Source: Setoptus koraiensis (Eukaryota > Animalia > Arthropoda). From it: a stretch of DNA of 64,000 nt. Below the pieces are notes generated by a model. The model saw only the letters and a list, made by a program, of their open reading frames with translations. It was not told where the DNA came from and did no database searches. The position numbers and the translations under genes were made by a program. Below, one piece after another: positions 28,101 through 41,896 of this stretch. Every line of letters starts with the position of its first letter. Positions within the stretch are counted from its first letter, which is position 1. The DNA lies in contig CM106586.1 of the NCBI GenBank assembly GCA_048013815.1, forward strand, positions 496,001 through 560,000, in the 5' to 3' direction.

Positions 28101-31100
28101 ACAACTATTATTAATAGTATAACACAACTATCACTGAGTTTTGCCCGATTGTTATCCGCGCCCCAAAACCAGCATCACACACAAAATAAAATAGATAATA
28201 ATGATGATGATTTCAACTATCCAACAAGAGGCTGTACCATTATTTTGACATAACATGTGACAAGATAATATTATCCATTGTCGGCAGCTGACATGCAATG
28301 CTATAATATCAGCTGCCAAACAGTTAAATTTTTTGCACTTATTTATGATAGTGGCCTTGTGCAATTGTCGCCTCTGGGCCTCAATCGAACAACAGATAAT
28401 TTAGTCACCTGGTCGTTAAGTGTTTTTGCCGTCGCCATTCTCATTTCTGGTGGTCGTATTATCTATGTCGATGTCATTTGGCAACTTTACTATTTGCCAA
28501 CCTGTTTGTTTGTTGTTTGTTTGTTTGTCTGTCTGTTTGTTTGCCTGTTTGCGGTTGACTGTTTAACTTGCTCTATAACGATTCCTACGATATAACTGAT
28601 AACAACAAATACATGACATAACTGTACACGTAATAAATAAAGAGCCATCACTAGCATTGAAAATTGACATTTAGTGTCGAGCACACACCGTGATAGTAAT
28701 CAAAAATAACGATGCGATTCAATGTTGTTTACGATACATATAGGTAGGTATTGTGTACCATTTAGAGGCCTGAGTGCGTGCCGTCGGGGCTCGCACTGAA
28801 TGTTGGAACAGATAAATATCCGATGCCACGGAAAAGAGGGGGAGTAATAGTGTTTGGGTGTAAGACAGAACAGCAAACAAAAGTATATGAGAAGCACGTC
28901 ACATAACGTGGCGAATTTAATTAACAAGCCAGTTGACATGACAACTCAAGATGAACGCCACCGCACTCGGGCTCCGCTGCCGGCCGGATGAGTTATCTTT
29001 ATTTTTATTTTATTGCTTGTCTGTGGGCCTGTAACTCGTATTTCATCGACGGTGTCCGCAAGAATTTATTCAAATTTATGCTCATCTCGATTTACAAATA
29101 CAACTATGAACGAGTAACCCGTTTGTGCCCACGACGCTTTTTCGGGCATTCCACATTGACTTAGTTGGGCGAGTAAGTGAGCCGGGAATGATTAAAAACT
29201 GTCCAAGGTGAAAAGAAGCTCACTAACTTAAAATTACAGAGAATTTCTTAATGAAAATAGTCAAAGGGGCCGGTATCTTGTTGCTTGTCAGGTATAGACA
29301 ACGGCGAATAAATACGGAGAATATGAGAGGGGCAAAGAATAAAATTGAAACCTGAATGAATTGAACCTGAGTCGGTTTCAGTTATAATTAAGTAACGGGC
29401 ATCTGAATCTATATTGAAGGAGTGGCTCGAGTATTTGAGTTTGTTATGCGTGAAGGTAAAAGAAGCGCTCAAGCCAGATAAATTGTCCGCTCGATAAAAA
29501 GATAACTTTATTAGGTCTGCCAATCTGTTTAGGTGGTTTCAATGCGTGGTTTGTATTGAAGACTGAGCGTGTTCTTTTAATCTCAGCTCTCTACCCACTA
29601 TCGCTCTCTATCCAATAAATAAGCAAACTACAAATAACGAAATAGCATATAACAAGTGGCCTTCAATATATAAACGGGCCTCAATCAATATATTCACTCA
29701 TGATAAGCCTCTCTTTACATGAGTCAGTTGAGTTGATTTATTTACTATCTATTGGCAAGCTAATAGATCGATTTCTTTTCGTTTTTTTTTTTCGTTCAAT
29801 GTTTACCTGTGGTTCGAGCATAATAAATCGAAACTGAATGAGGGGTGGTCGTAGCTGAGACCAAACCACCTCTTTCATCATACATGGGTGCATGGATACA
29901 TGGAGTGGATCCGTGTTATAGGAGTTGTGCGTTGTATAAACTAATCACAAATAATAATAAATAGAGAGCGATGATAATAAACAAATAACAAGGATAAAGG
30001 CTAATAAAATACAAGCTGTTAGCTGTATCAGATTAACTATTAAATGCTAATGAACTTTATCGAGCGCTTCATTCAGCGCTCTCAGACGAGAGTAAATATA
30101 AACTCGTTTGTCATTTTGTTGTCATTTTCATAGTGCTCGTGTCATGACAAGATCGCTGGAAATGCTCGAATGATGTCTATTGGCTGAAGCCACATTCAGG
30201 TAAATATATGCAGGTAAAAAGGATGCAAGATGTAGGTGTCTATAGCTTGTCTGTATAACTGTCACCGTCATTATTAGATATTTAGACATGTAGTGCGTTT
30301 TCGCGCACTTACTGGGTTGCATCGAATGCCTGATAATTGATGTTAATATATTTGCATATCAACGTGCATGAGTTAGAAAGCAATCAACCGTCATCATCTG
30401 TCCAAATCCGCCAAGCAATCCGCTTGTGACATGTAATAAGTAGACATAGCTAGACATGGACATGCATTATGGGCCGACACGGGCTGCAAAAGGGGCCAAA
30501 ATAGGTATCAGTTATCAAGTATTATGTTCATGACACAACACGACCAATTTCACCATAAATTTATAAATTTATCTCTTCGAATTGATTAAACGATGATGAC
30601 AAGTTGGCCAATAATTACGGATAATTTGATGCTTACCCAATAACACCAAATACATATAGTACATCAATAAATGTGCTACATGTATGTTGTGTTTGCTGAC
30701 AACACTGTGCTGTAACGCAATGCTAAGCTAATAAAAGATCCACCGGCAAGCGATAAATTTACCAGTCGATGGGCGATGGAGTGGTAAATTTGGTCGATCT
30801 AGTGATCACAACAGCACAGTTATATATTATTTTTGCAGAATCATATTATCTGGATCTGTGACAAGCGTGTGACCTTGAACGCTATAAGCAGTTGACAGAT
30901 ATTGTTAGGCAAGAGTTTACGCTCAAGTTTATTGTTTAGTGTTTTGTTAGCAGATAAAGAGACGGCGCTCGAGAGGATCAATGTGCAATGGCAAAATAAA
31001 TGATCTGACAATTCATTCAATCATTCAATTCAGATCAACAAAGACGACAATAATGCCGAATAAATAAAAGACTATACATAAAATAACGATGAAGAGGCCA

Positions 31101-33445
31101 TCAACGGGGCCCCAATCTTGACATAGCTTTCACTTTCAGACTAGAATCTATTTAATTCTTATTGCGCGCATCTCCTCATCTGACAGTTTCATGTTAGCGA
31201 CTAGACCTTTCTATTGCTGCTTCTCGTGCCGTTGATGCAAATATATTCATCAGATCATCCCAGAGAATCTCCAAATGAATAGAGGCCCCCGTCTTGGTTT
31301 GTGTGCCTTTGTGTGGCAGCATGACGAGTGTGGCCTCATGACGCGCGTGGCCTCATGACGATTGTGGCCCCATGACGATGATAGTCGACACAACTGCATC
31401 CTTTTCTCTCATGCGTCTCTTATCAACGCACACAGATATGTTATATCCAAACAGGAAGTTGATCAGTTGTTGTCGGGGCATGTAGCAAAGGATTTGCACG
31501 CCATACACTGTGCTGGATTGTGTGTAAAGCGAACGAAAACGCTTAGTTGGGTATTTGTTTTTGCGTTAGTGTGTCTAGCACCGGTTTTTGGTCATCACCA
31601 TCGCTACTGATACCAGCATTTAACAGCAACTAACAGTCAGTATATAAACAATGGGCACACAAAACAAAACCCAAACAAACTCTATTCAGATACGCAGGCG
31701 AGACAAGTGTGACGTAATGTCTACCCACCTATTCATATGGCCCATATACCCTGGACACTTTCAATGCTATTGCCACCGTTATTAGGCACGTGTACTATAT
31801 CGTTTGCCGTGCTTCTGCACGCATTTTGTGTGTATAGCTTATTTTCGGAATCCCCAGAGATAATGTCATTATTTATTGTGAGCCTTTTGTCACGCTAAGC
31901 TCTTGTTTAAAATGCGTCTATCCAGCGGTAGCGTCCATGGTCGTACTTGCTTTGTTGTGAGCATGTGTTAGGCTGATCACACGCATTTGATACTATGCAT
32001 AAAATAATTTCGAGCCCACAAGTGATGATAATTATTGAGAGAAAAAAGATAATTTAATTTTGATTTTTTGGTCATGGCATCGCTTCGTTGAAAACAATCT
32101 TGCACCTCATGCGACCAATATATCATTATACAAATTGCGCCTACCCATCAAGCTTTATGTGAATCGCAATTCAACAAGACCGGCCCTGAGATCCGGCAAA
32201 ATCCCATGAGGCACGCTATTGCTAGGAATTGCAAATTGATTGAACGATAGAATAAGAAATATCGATAAAATGTCGTGCATCAAGTTAACGAAGCACGACA
32301 ATTTCAGCGGCAAGCCATTCTAATAGCATGATAAATGTTATTCAATCTTTTACAATATACCACAAGACACCGCACCTATCATACATGCTGCATTGTATGC
32401 AGTGGCATAACATAGAAATACACACACATATAAACATGCATATGCATTGCACGAAATAATACCGTTTCGTGGGTTGGGTAGCCGAGAATAAATTGACATT
32501 AGTCATGGACTGAGGTCACTTGAGTTAGGGGCAGTTTGATAACTAGCAACTAAACAAACTGGCCCCATCAAAGGTGAACGAACAGATTCTGTACGCTATG
32601 TCAGATAGGTGAGATATGCACGAGCGATCAACAAAATGATGCGACTGCAAACCAAAGAGGCCCGACGCCAGAGCAAAATGTTAGCCAAAATGTTAGTTCG
32701 GGGTCCAGATTGTTGCGACCATTACAAGTTGAGCACAGGACAGGCTTGCAACAAACAAACTTGATATGTGCAAGTTGATATTTAATGATGATGATGATTT
32801 TCAGTCAGGTTAGGTGTGTGCGACGCACTGACCAACAGCATTGGAACCGATGTAGCCTATAGGTGTTGTTAGTGACATGTAGCACAGTTATGTAATATTT
32901 GCACTGTTGTAACAGAATTGAGTTGGGGCCGAGAGATGGATGCCTTTTCCATCATAGAATGTTCTCGAAAATATTTGTGCTCCAGCACAAGCGAATACAT
33001 TAAACTAGATAGCTTGACCAAAGATGAGACAAATCAACAACTGGCAGCTCTTGCAAAATTAATGACCCTTTTCTGCAGCAGGAACACAGCTAATAGAAAC
33101 GGAAGAGCTGAAAAGAGCGACCGGCCAACCACCTTGCTCTCTGGCCAGTTTGTGTTTGTTTGGGCTTGGCGTTATTTATGGAGGTCACGATATTGTTCGA
33201 TGGGTACGGTGCCCCATTCATACCAGCTGGTCATCTCTATCTCTGGTCATCTGGCAAAGTCACCTGAGCAAGCGGGCAAGTGGACAAGTGGGCATCCGAG
33301 TTGTGTAACATGAACAATTCATGGGACCGCACCGATGGGATTTTTGTTGCGAGCAAGCTGGCTGACTGTAACTCAAACTATGTTTGCTCAACGTTTCTGC
33401 TGATTGAATCAAACTCACACACTCATTTCACTTCACTTGACCTGA

Positions 33446-33945
33446 NNNNNNNNNNNNNNNNNNNNNNNNNNNNNNNNNNNNNNNNNNNNNNNNNNNNNNN
33501 NNNNNNNNNNNNNNNNNNNNNNNNNNNNNNNNNNNNNNNNNNNNNNNNNNNNNNNNNNNNNNNNNNNNNNNNNNNNNNNNNNNNNNNNNNNNNNNNNNNN
33601 NNNNNNNNNNNNNNNNNNNNNNNNNNNNNNNNNNNNNNNNNNNNNNNNNNNNNNNNNNNNNNNNNNNNNNNNNNNNNNNNNNNNNNNNNNNNNNNNNNNN
33701 NNNNNNNNNNNNNNNNNNNNNNNNNNNNNNNNNNNNNNNNNNNNNNNNNNNNNNNNNNNNNNNNNNNNNNNNNNNNNNNNNNNNNNNNNNNNNNNNNNNN
33801 NNNNNNNNNNNNNNNNNNNNNNNNNNNNNNNNNNNNNNNNNNNNNNNNNNNNNNNNNNNNNNNNNNNNNNNNNNNNNNNNNNNNNNNNNNNNNNNNNNNN
33901 NNNNNNNNNNNNNNNNNNNNNNNNNNNNNNNNNNNNNNNNNNNNN
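33446..33945. other. Assembly gap (500 N)
   Basis: Fixed-length N run; true distance unknown. Confidence 0.99.
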
Positions 33946-35687
33946 AGATTTTGTCAATGTGATTTCGCTTTATTAATGAGACATTAATTGTTGCGAGCGG
34001 CCGTCTGTTGGCCGGTCACCATTGTCTACGTGTGTGTGTGTTTGTGTATAAATTGACGGGTTGTTATGTAACGAGCGGCCAACGGGTGACGCGTCGTACA
34101 ACTGTTTGCGCTCATTAATCAGCTCATTAATCAAGCTGCGACAACATTTGAAATTTGCAGTCGCCAACATTATCGACTGTATGTATGCGTCCGACTCATC
34201 GAGTCGAGTGTGTGCGTGTTGGGCGCCAAAGAGTTAATAGCCGCCGCTGGAAAGATCTAGATAGTCGAGTCGGTAAATAGCGTGTACGCTGGCGGTAGCT
34301 CGAGGCGAGTCGTGTGATTATTTTGTGACATTCATACCAGTCATTCATTCATTCATTCATTCACTGATTCATTCATTCATTCGCTCGTTCGTTTTAGTGG
34401 CGTCGTTGTCAGTTTGCAAGTCGCGAACGCCGCTATGCTAAGCACATACGCGCATTTGCAGCGCCACTCGATATAACAGCGCTGCTCTACTTGTTATTGC
34501 AGTGATTTTTGTTATATACGCGGCCTATCTGTTTCGTTGGCAAACTATTTATCAGCGCAACTATATCAAGCGATGATATATTAAACATGGATAGATATGC
34601 ACACGACGAAGAAAAGAATGGGGCGCGCAAATCAAACCAGTGGAGTGAGACTCACTCAGTGAGAAGTGGGCCTAAAGAGAGAGAGAGCGAGTTTATATCG
34701 AGTGGCGCACAGTTGCTCGCAACATGCCATTTGCCAGCCATGATAGTTGTAGCTCGATAAAATGAGAGAAAAAATAGAAATAATGGGCCAGCCAAAGCGG
34801 TTAGATTATTGTTGTTTTCTGTGTTCTTGTTCGCTACAAATTTCGCTCCTGTTAACATTTATGCGAAGCTTGCTCCCTGCTTTACATGTTACCGTTACGT
34901 TGTCAGCCGCTAGTAGCAGTCGTCGTAACTGTAACTTTTTTGCCATTTTTTCGCCATTGCAACGAGCCCGCATCGAGTCGCCTTGTTGCAGTTTTGTCGC
35001 GCGAAATATTTCAATGCCTGTCGCGCTGTTGGTGGCGAAAGAGAGGCGAGAAATAGGAAGAAAAGGCAAAATTTGAGCGCCTCAGGCACGCTTTTTTGCC
35101 TAGCTGCTGTCACAATGGCAATACAGTTGAGCAGTATCAGTTGTCGACAAAATAACAGCACACACACACATGGCACAAAACTTGTATTCAAATTCGTTTT
35201 TGGACAGATTCAAATCGGGCACATCAACGAGTGCGAGCAGTGAGCGAAGGAAAGAAAAATCAACAAATATCAACAGTATAGTTGACAGCGAGACAGCAAA
35301 ATCAGCATCGCAAAAAGCCCGCACCGTGCGTAATCGTCGCCAGTCAATCAAACAGACCCAAGTCGTCGGAAGTGGCGACTTTTAATTGTGCCTACAGCCA
35401 GTGTGCCTGCGCTCGAGAGAATTGCATCGAAAGTTATAGTAAATAACACTCAATTGAACACAGTTGAGCGCAAATAAATGTGCCCGTAAATGTGTGGTCA
35501 TCGTGGCAAGACACAGCTCATAAAAACGCGTACAATACCGATCAATAATAACAGAGTGGCGCCCCCTCGTCAAGCACCGACAGTCATTGAGATAGATGAG
35601 CTATTAGTTAATTAATTAACTGAGTCAATAGAAGTAGCAACAGAGGTAGCGATAGTGGTAGTGGTAGCAGTAGTTGTTGTGGCAATC

Positions 35688-35848
35688 ATGGCGTATACCG
35701 CAACAATGTGTGGTCAGTTGCCCTACGATAGGAACATGCCTGTCCAAGATCACCCAAACTATCGCGCCATGTACAATCACATGTTTGGCACGATTCATTC
35801 GCACGGTGCCGGCGCAAGCTCGAGCGCCAATCAACAGCAGCAAGTTGG
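35688..35848 (+). CDS. Sh: Shaker first coding exon (N-terminus MAYTATMCGQLPYDRNMPVQDHPNYRAMYNHMFGTIHSHGAGASSSANQQQQVG)
   Basis: ATG in ATCATGG context, open to a GG|GTGAGT donor. Phase 2 joins 41897 to give ...VG-SLPK, the junction where Drosophila Shaker N-terminal variants join the constant region. Confidence 0.7.
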
Positions 35849-38800
35849 GTGAGTCCAAACACACGTTAGATCGAAAATAAATCGATCGTTACGTAATGTC
35901 AGTTTATATTTCAACTTATTAGCCTATTATCTCTTGTTGTGTTGCCAATAGTTGCAATGCCCGCAATAATAACCGACGCAATAATGACAGTGACACGAGT
36001 GGTGGCGCTACTGGCGACCAACAACGCCGGCCAAAGTGGTGCAAAGGTCAAGGTCGCACCAGATAATTGTAATGTGAGGCAAGTGTGCGCGATAGTGCAA
36101 AAGTGAGCAATCAGAGAAAACTCACAACCAGACCAGATTATCGGACAGCACAAAGAGAGTGCGATTATCGGCAAAATAAACGGTTGCCCATTGTTGTCGT
36201 TGTTGTTGTTGTTGTTGTTTGTGTGTTGTATGGGCATTAACAGCTTAAAGCTTCAACACCATGTAGACAGTTGCCATTTCGAGGCCCATTTCGAAGCATG
36301 CCCAACAACAGCTGACTATCAATTATAATCGTGATGATTATAAACAACCATGGCCAACAACCAAACAATACAATACTGCTGCTAGCTCCATGCCACACAA
36401 ACAGCAACTTAAACCGGGCCCATCTCGCTGCCATTCAACGAGGAGCTCAGATTGTTGTTCTCGAGCCACTGGCACCAGTTCGAGCGCTCTTTTTCTTCGC
36501 TTCGCTCTCGAAGGTCCCCCTCTGAGACCCTCTGAAAGGCTGGCTACCTACTTTGTTCACTTAGTGTTGCGCCATTCAAATCGGCCGCCCGATTCCGGCC
36601 CTAAGTGCCGCTGGCTCGGGGGGCATCGCTCGAACATTACGCAACCGCCGGATCGTCGCCACATCGAGCGTCTATTGTTGCTAGCCATCGTCAATATATT
36701 TTCGGTGTCATCTCGGCGGCTACTTAAAGTCTGCTTACCTATCTATCATCACCAACTGCATGTGTACGCAATCCATCATCCATGTTATTACTTTATGCAA
36801 TGCTCGCCCTCCGCTAGTCGCTCAACCGCTAGTTTGCTTGGCACTCACAGTGAAAGTCCCATTTCGATCCATCACATCCAGTTGCTACCACATCTCCACA
36901 ATTGTCGCCACCTGACGAGCACGAACGAAAGTAATCGCTGAAACAACAAAATCAAATCATTTTCCACACGCACCGGAAACTATGCTATCAATTACATATC
37001 AGCTCAATATTACATTATCGAGGCTCTTACATGTGCACTTGTGATATTTTTTTCGCATTACATCTATTCTGGGAGTAATCGAACAACGAACAATACCTGA
37101 TTTCGGGCAAACAATTCGGGCATCGTTGACAACTACGACAGTATCGAAAATTTAACTTCCGGCCTTCGTTCGTCCCAAACGAAAGAGTTGTCAGCTTTTT
37201 GCGAGTTGTGCAAAACAACACTAACATCATGCACACTATTTTCTCGTTTCCGAAAAATATCATTACAGTTTTTCGGATTGTTGTGAGGCCATCTTGCACA
37301 CAGCGGCGGCACTTTTTTCCACTGTGAATACACTTTCTTGCACCCGTACACAAGTATGTATATGGGCAGGTCTGGGCGAGCCGAAACTGTTGGCCGGCCT
37401 CAAAGTTGCTCGGATAAAATTATTTCGGTGTTCGCCCAACTGGCCTCTCAAGTGCCCATCTCACAAATCAATCTATCATTATTTCGCAATACACAATTGC
37501 GCCCTATCGAGCTCATCATTTTGCGACTGTTTTTTTGCTTCGGAGCGCCATTCATTTAGTGCTGCCATCTCGAGTGCCGCCACACGAAATGAGAAAAAAA
37601 AATTCTTTGTCTGCGTGCTTGGCCCACGTATTTCTTGCTCTTGCTTGATGCTCGGGCTACTTTTCGAGTGGTCGCTGTCCACAGCAAATTGGCACCAGTG
37701 CCAATTGAGTTGTATACAAGCTACGCTACATGGCGAGGCTACAACCGATCTGAGAAGTAATGATGCTGCCAGTGACAAGATAAACTGTTCCGTGTCCGTT
37801 TGTTCTTTTTGCGTATATATATATACCTTAACGACAATAGCCACTTGTGTGTCGTAGATAAAGCCCGCTTGTCAATATTACAGAGACAGAGAGAGCGCGC
37901 GTGAGTCTGGCGCGATGATCGACAACAATCGCGGAGGACAAATCGACCATCCGAACGTCCGAGTGGGCCCACGTTCGAGCACTTTCTCTCTCTCTCTCTC
38001 TCTCTCTGGCGCTGGCAAGCGCAACTAAACGAACAGTTGTGATCAATGACAGCCGAGCTGTCAATTGGTGTCGTCGCCGTTGTAGCCCCAAGCGGCCCCA
38101 ACAGGCGGCGTGATCTCTCATGGCGTTCTTGCCAGTGCCACCATGTCTTGCTGCTGCCTGTTTTGAGCGCAAATTAACAGGAAGTGGATGGCATGAAAGC
38201 AAGAGGGCCGCGTACGTGTGTGTGTGTGTGTGGGTTGATGTTTTATTTCTCTCTATATCGTTCCATGTTTTGTCGCCATTTTCTTTGTTTGAGGGCTCTT
38301 TGTAGTTTTTTCTTTTTTCGTATGAGCGCTGCCATTGACTCGGCCGAAATTTGTCTCTCTCGCCCACTATCGGCTTAAGTTTGCATTATACACGGCCAAC
38401 ACTGACCAGTCAGCTCGCCGGCTTGTTTAAGTGGAGTCGCGTTTGGCGCCCCACACAGGCCCCAGTTGACCGTGTGAGCATGCTCACTAATGCTGCCGCT
38501 TCTGTCGTGTATTTGTTGTCCAGTGGCAATCAGATCGTGGCGTATCGCATCTCATCGCATTATCACTCCATCGGTTATGTAATACAAATACGCACATAAT
38601 CAGTCCCAAGTTAGCCAGATAAAGGTCAGCACAATTGCAAGCGGCCATTCGTGAGCGACACGGACCATGTTGCATATGTCCACTGTCGCATTGAATCAAA
38701 TCGCTTGCTGCCAGTGGACACAACGTGCACAAGACACACAGACACAAGACAACGACCAAACGAGACAAGAAACATTAACAGTTAATGGGAAACGAATCCA

Positions 38801-40628
38801 AAACGAAACATAGCGAAAAGAGGCCAGCCAACATTTTCGAGCGAAACAAAAGTTACGCACGAGATAGAGACAAGACTGAAAACAAGTGACAAGATTGTTC
38901 CGACGAATTGTGTTCGCTTCGCACAGCAAGCAGTGGCCAGATATCATAGCTGGTGATCAACAAACTTGAAAATTGCACATACATATGTGTGTGTGTGTGT
39001 GTGTGTGTCAACGGTTAGTTTGAATGAATGTCCGAAATTAAGTTAGTTAGTGCTAGCGGTGATAGGTTGTTGTGTCAGAAGCTAGACGAATCTATATATA
39101 ACTAGTCAAGTATGCTAGAGATTTTCATGCGACAATTTGTTGTTACCGGCGCAGCGCTGAAACAGTGCTTGAGACATTTCCAATAGAACACGAATGCGAG
39201 AGCGCCTATGTGAATAAATGTAAGCAACGGTACTGGTCCAACGAAATACTGGTCGAGACAACGTGAATGTGACAATTTCCAGTAAGTGATCACTACATCG
39301 AAAGATACTCGAAAGAGGATTGCGTCGAGTTGTCACGGGCAGAACCGGGCTGCCGATGCGACACAAAAAAACCACAACAACAGCAACACAGATTCGCGAG
39401 ACACTCCAATTGAGAGAAGAGCACAATGGAAGAAGAAAACAAATCTGCCATGTCAATTGTCGAACACTTGGATTGGTTAGAGATTTTCCTATTCTGTTCG
39501 TTGATGAATCTTCGTTACTGTTTTGCGATCACAATCAATTGAAATGCACAGAAATAGAATTACGCCAGTAGCTTCGATCATTAATCGCATCTAGAAATAT
39601 AGTTACATCATCGCATTGTATCGCTACAAGCACGTATAGGGGCGCCTTGCCGACTAGTGGTATTTGGCCCGTGTTTGCGAACAATAAGCAGCCAGAGAGA
39701 GAGAGAGAGTGAGGCAGCTTTGTTTGCTTGTGTGTGTGTGGTGCTTTTAGCGAGACTCCGGCCATGATATAATCGAATCAAACCAAAGCTGGTTACACAA
39801 TAATAATATCATTCGACAAACAATCATGTGCATTGGCGCGAAAATTAATGAGGCGCCTAATGAAAGAGTGAACGAGAGAGAGAGAGAAAGAAGAAAAAAG
39901 AGTAATTGTGCCGCGAGTTGCCGGCAGCGATCGAGCATCAATTTGGTCGCGAACAACATAAAACAATTTTTAATATCATGCAAATCAACGCTAAACACCA
40001 GTGCCAGCATATGAATGAAAATGACACGATATTATCGTCCGATCATATCCGCCACCACAACTACAACTACTACTACTCCCACTACTACTACTGCTACTAC
40101 TACTACTACTAATCGGCTTCTCTCGTAGCAGCGGCGGTGATTTGGCGGTGTCTTGGCCACCAACTAGTGGCATCGTTGCATTTAATCGGCTAAATAGATC
40201 AGCGGATCAGTTTTTGCGCGTGCTAGCAATTGCCAAGCGACAACAGCACGTTACACGAGCAAGCGAAAATTTGTATCTGGTGGCGCTGTTGATGCCGGCG
40301 CACCATACAAATGCCAGAAACTGGTGCAAATCACATGATGCAGTCACTCTTGGCTCTCTGCTGTTTGCCTATGGTGCTGCGTTTCCGCTACTTTAATCAC
40401 AAAGATGATTTGGTTGTTGTTGTTGTTGTGGTTGTTCATGTTGTTGCTGGTGGCAGTGTTGGTGTTGTTGTTGTTGGTGCTGGCGGTGCTGTTGCTAGTC
40501 GTGGTCGTCATCACAAGCAGCAAATGTTGTTGTCTGATTTGTGATTTCATTCAACGTTGCTTGCATCATCACAACTACCACTATTGCTATTATCACAATT
40601 GCTATTATAACAATTACAGTTGTTACAA

Positions 40629-40876
40629 ATGTTGTTGGCCATGTTATATAAGCCAAGGGCAGCAGCAGCGGCAGCAACATTATCGTCATCATCACACGTC
40701 CAAACAACGATACAGCAGCAACAACAACAGCAACAACAACAACAATTTGATAAGAAGAGAGGCATTTTCAGAATATCTTGCTGGCTGCCTCGCCATCACA
40801 TTGGTCGCCACATTATAGCCAGTGCAAGTATTAGCATCGGAAAAACTGTTGTAACTAAAGCAAATGATATATATGT
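40629..40876 (+). CDS. Candidate proximal alternative first exon of Shaker (MLLAMLYKPRAAAAAA...NDIYV, then SLPK)
   Basis: Open frame ending at a GT|GTAAGA donor in phase 2, 1 kb before the constant exon; low-complexity and without recognised homology. Confidence 0.25.
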
Positions 40877-41896
40877 GTAAGACAACGGCAAGACAAGCAT
40901 ACTTAGACAGGCAAGCGGAGTTGTATCAAGTTGACTTTTGAGCGACTCTTGCATTGTGTGTCGCTATTTTTCCGCAGAGTCACAGCCGGTTGTTGTTGGT
41001 GGCGCGCCGAGTAGTATCAATGGGGGCGAATTCGATTGAAACAAGTGAAATACCCTCACGCAGACAAACAAACACAAGAAAAATATATTATTATCAAACA
41101 ACGAATATTGTTTTGTAACAAACAACAAATAAGTCAACGACGACAACAACGACTCAGGAGATTAGATTAAATTGTTAAAGTACTACAATAACGACAAGTT
41201 TGCATAGACAACTTAACAAAGGGATTACAGCGAGCGGGCGACCGAGAGCAGCGACAAAACAGATAGACAGAGACAGAGTCGCTGAGTTGAGGCGAGCAGA
41301 GAGGATAACTAAAACTGGAGCTAGCCAACACAAGCGCAAAGAGACAGTAAGAGAGAGAGAGAGAGAAAGAAAAAGGCATGATTATGACTCAAAACTACTG
41401 ACTACCCACTACATAAACTATCAACTGTCACTGTTTGCTGCGAGCTGTCATAGGCAACCAGCAAAGTCGGCGAGCCAGCCAGTGACTTCGCTAAACTATT
41501 AATTATAAAACTATCATCTCAAGACCCAAAACAGAATCTAACTAGACTGACTAGATAACTGATAACGCGTCAACGTTGAACATTCGTCGCACTCACAAAA
41601 ACAAAACTTACATGTTGTATACATTATAACAGACTAGATATAACAACAGCGACTTTAAATTGCACATAGAGACATATAGACATTTAGACATAGATACATA
41701 GCGACATAGGCGCATAGCGACGCAACAACGACATAGAGCGATATAGCGACTTAGAGGGAGAGGAAGAGACTACATATGATATAGTTAGTAGATAGTTAGA
41801 GAAATCAACTAATCAACAACAACGACATCATATCATAATGTATGTTTATATTCCGATACTTTTACTTTTCGCACTCATCGTTTACTTTATTTTAAG

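Noticed and set aside
326-32608. Other phase-2 mini-exon candidates (326-369 MYAEEMYSLLHLIYR, about 18851-18995, 32598-32608 MSDR)
   Set aside because: Weaker donors or trivial length; expected by chance in 40 kb.
33280-33987. ORFs spanning the N runs (also 61826-62584)
   Set aside because: Artefacts of translating assembly gaps.
36390-38367. Long ORFs of 120-187 aa upstream of the constant exon, and 44168-44674 (- strand)
   Set aside because: No recognisable domain, overlapping frames on both strands and simple-repeat content; consistent with intron sequence.
41838-41896. Apparent signal-peptide or transmembrane N-terminus [20 protein letters not shown] on Shaker
   Set aside because: It is the translated pyrimidine tract of the intron; the AG acceptor falls exactly before the conserved SLPK junction.
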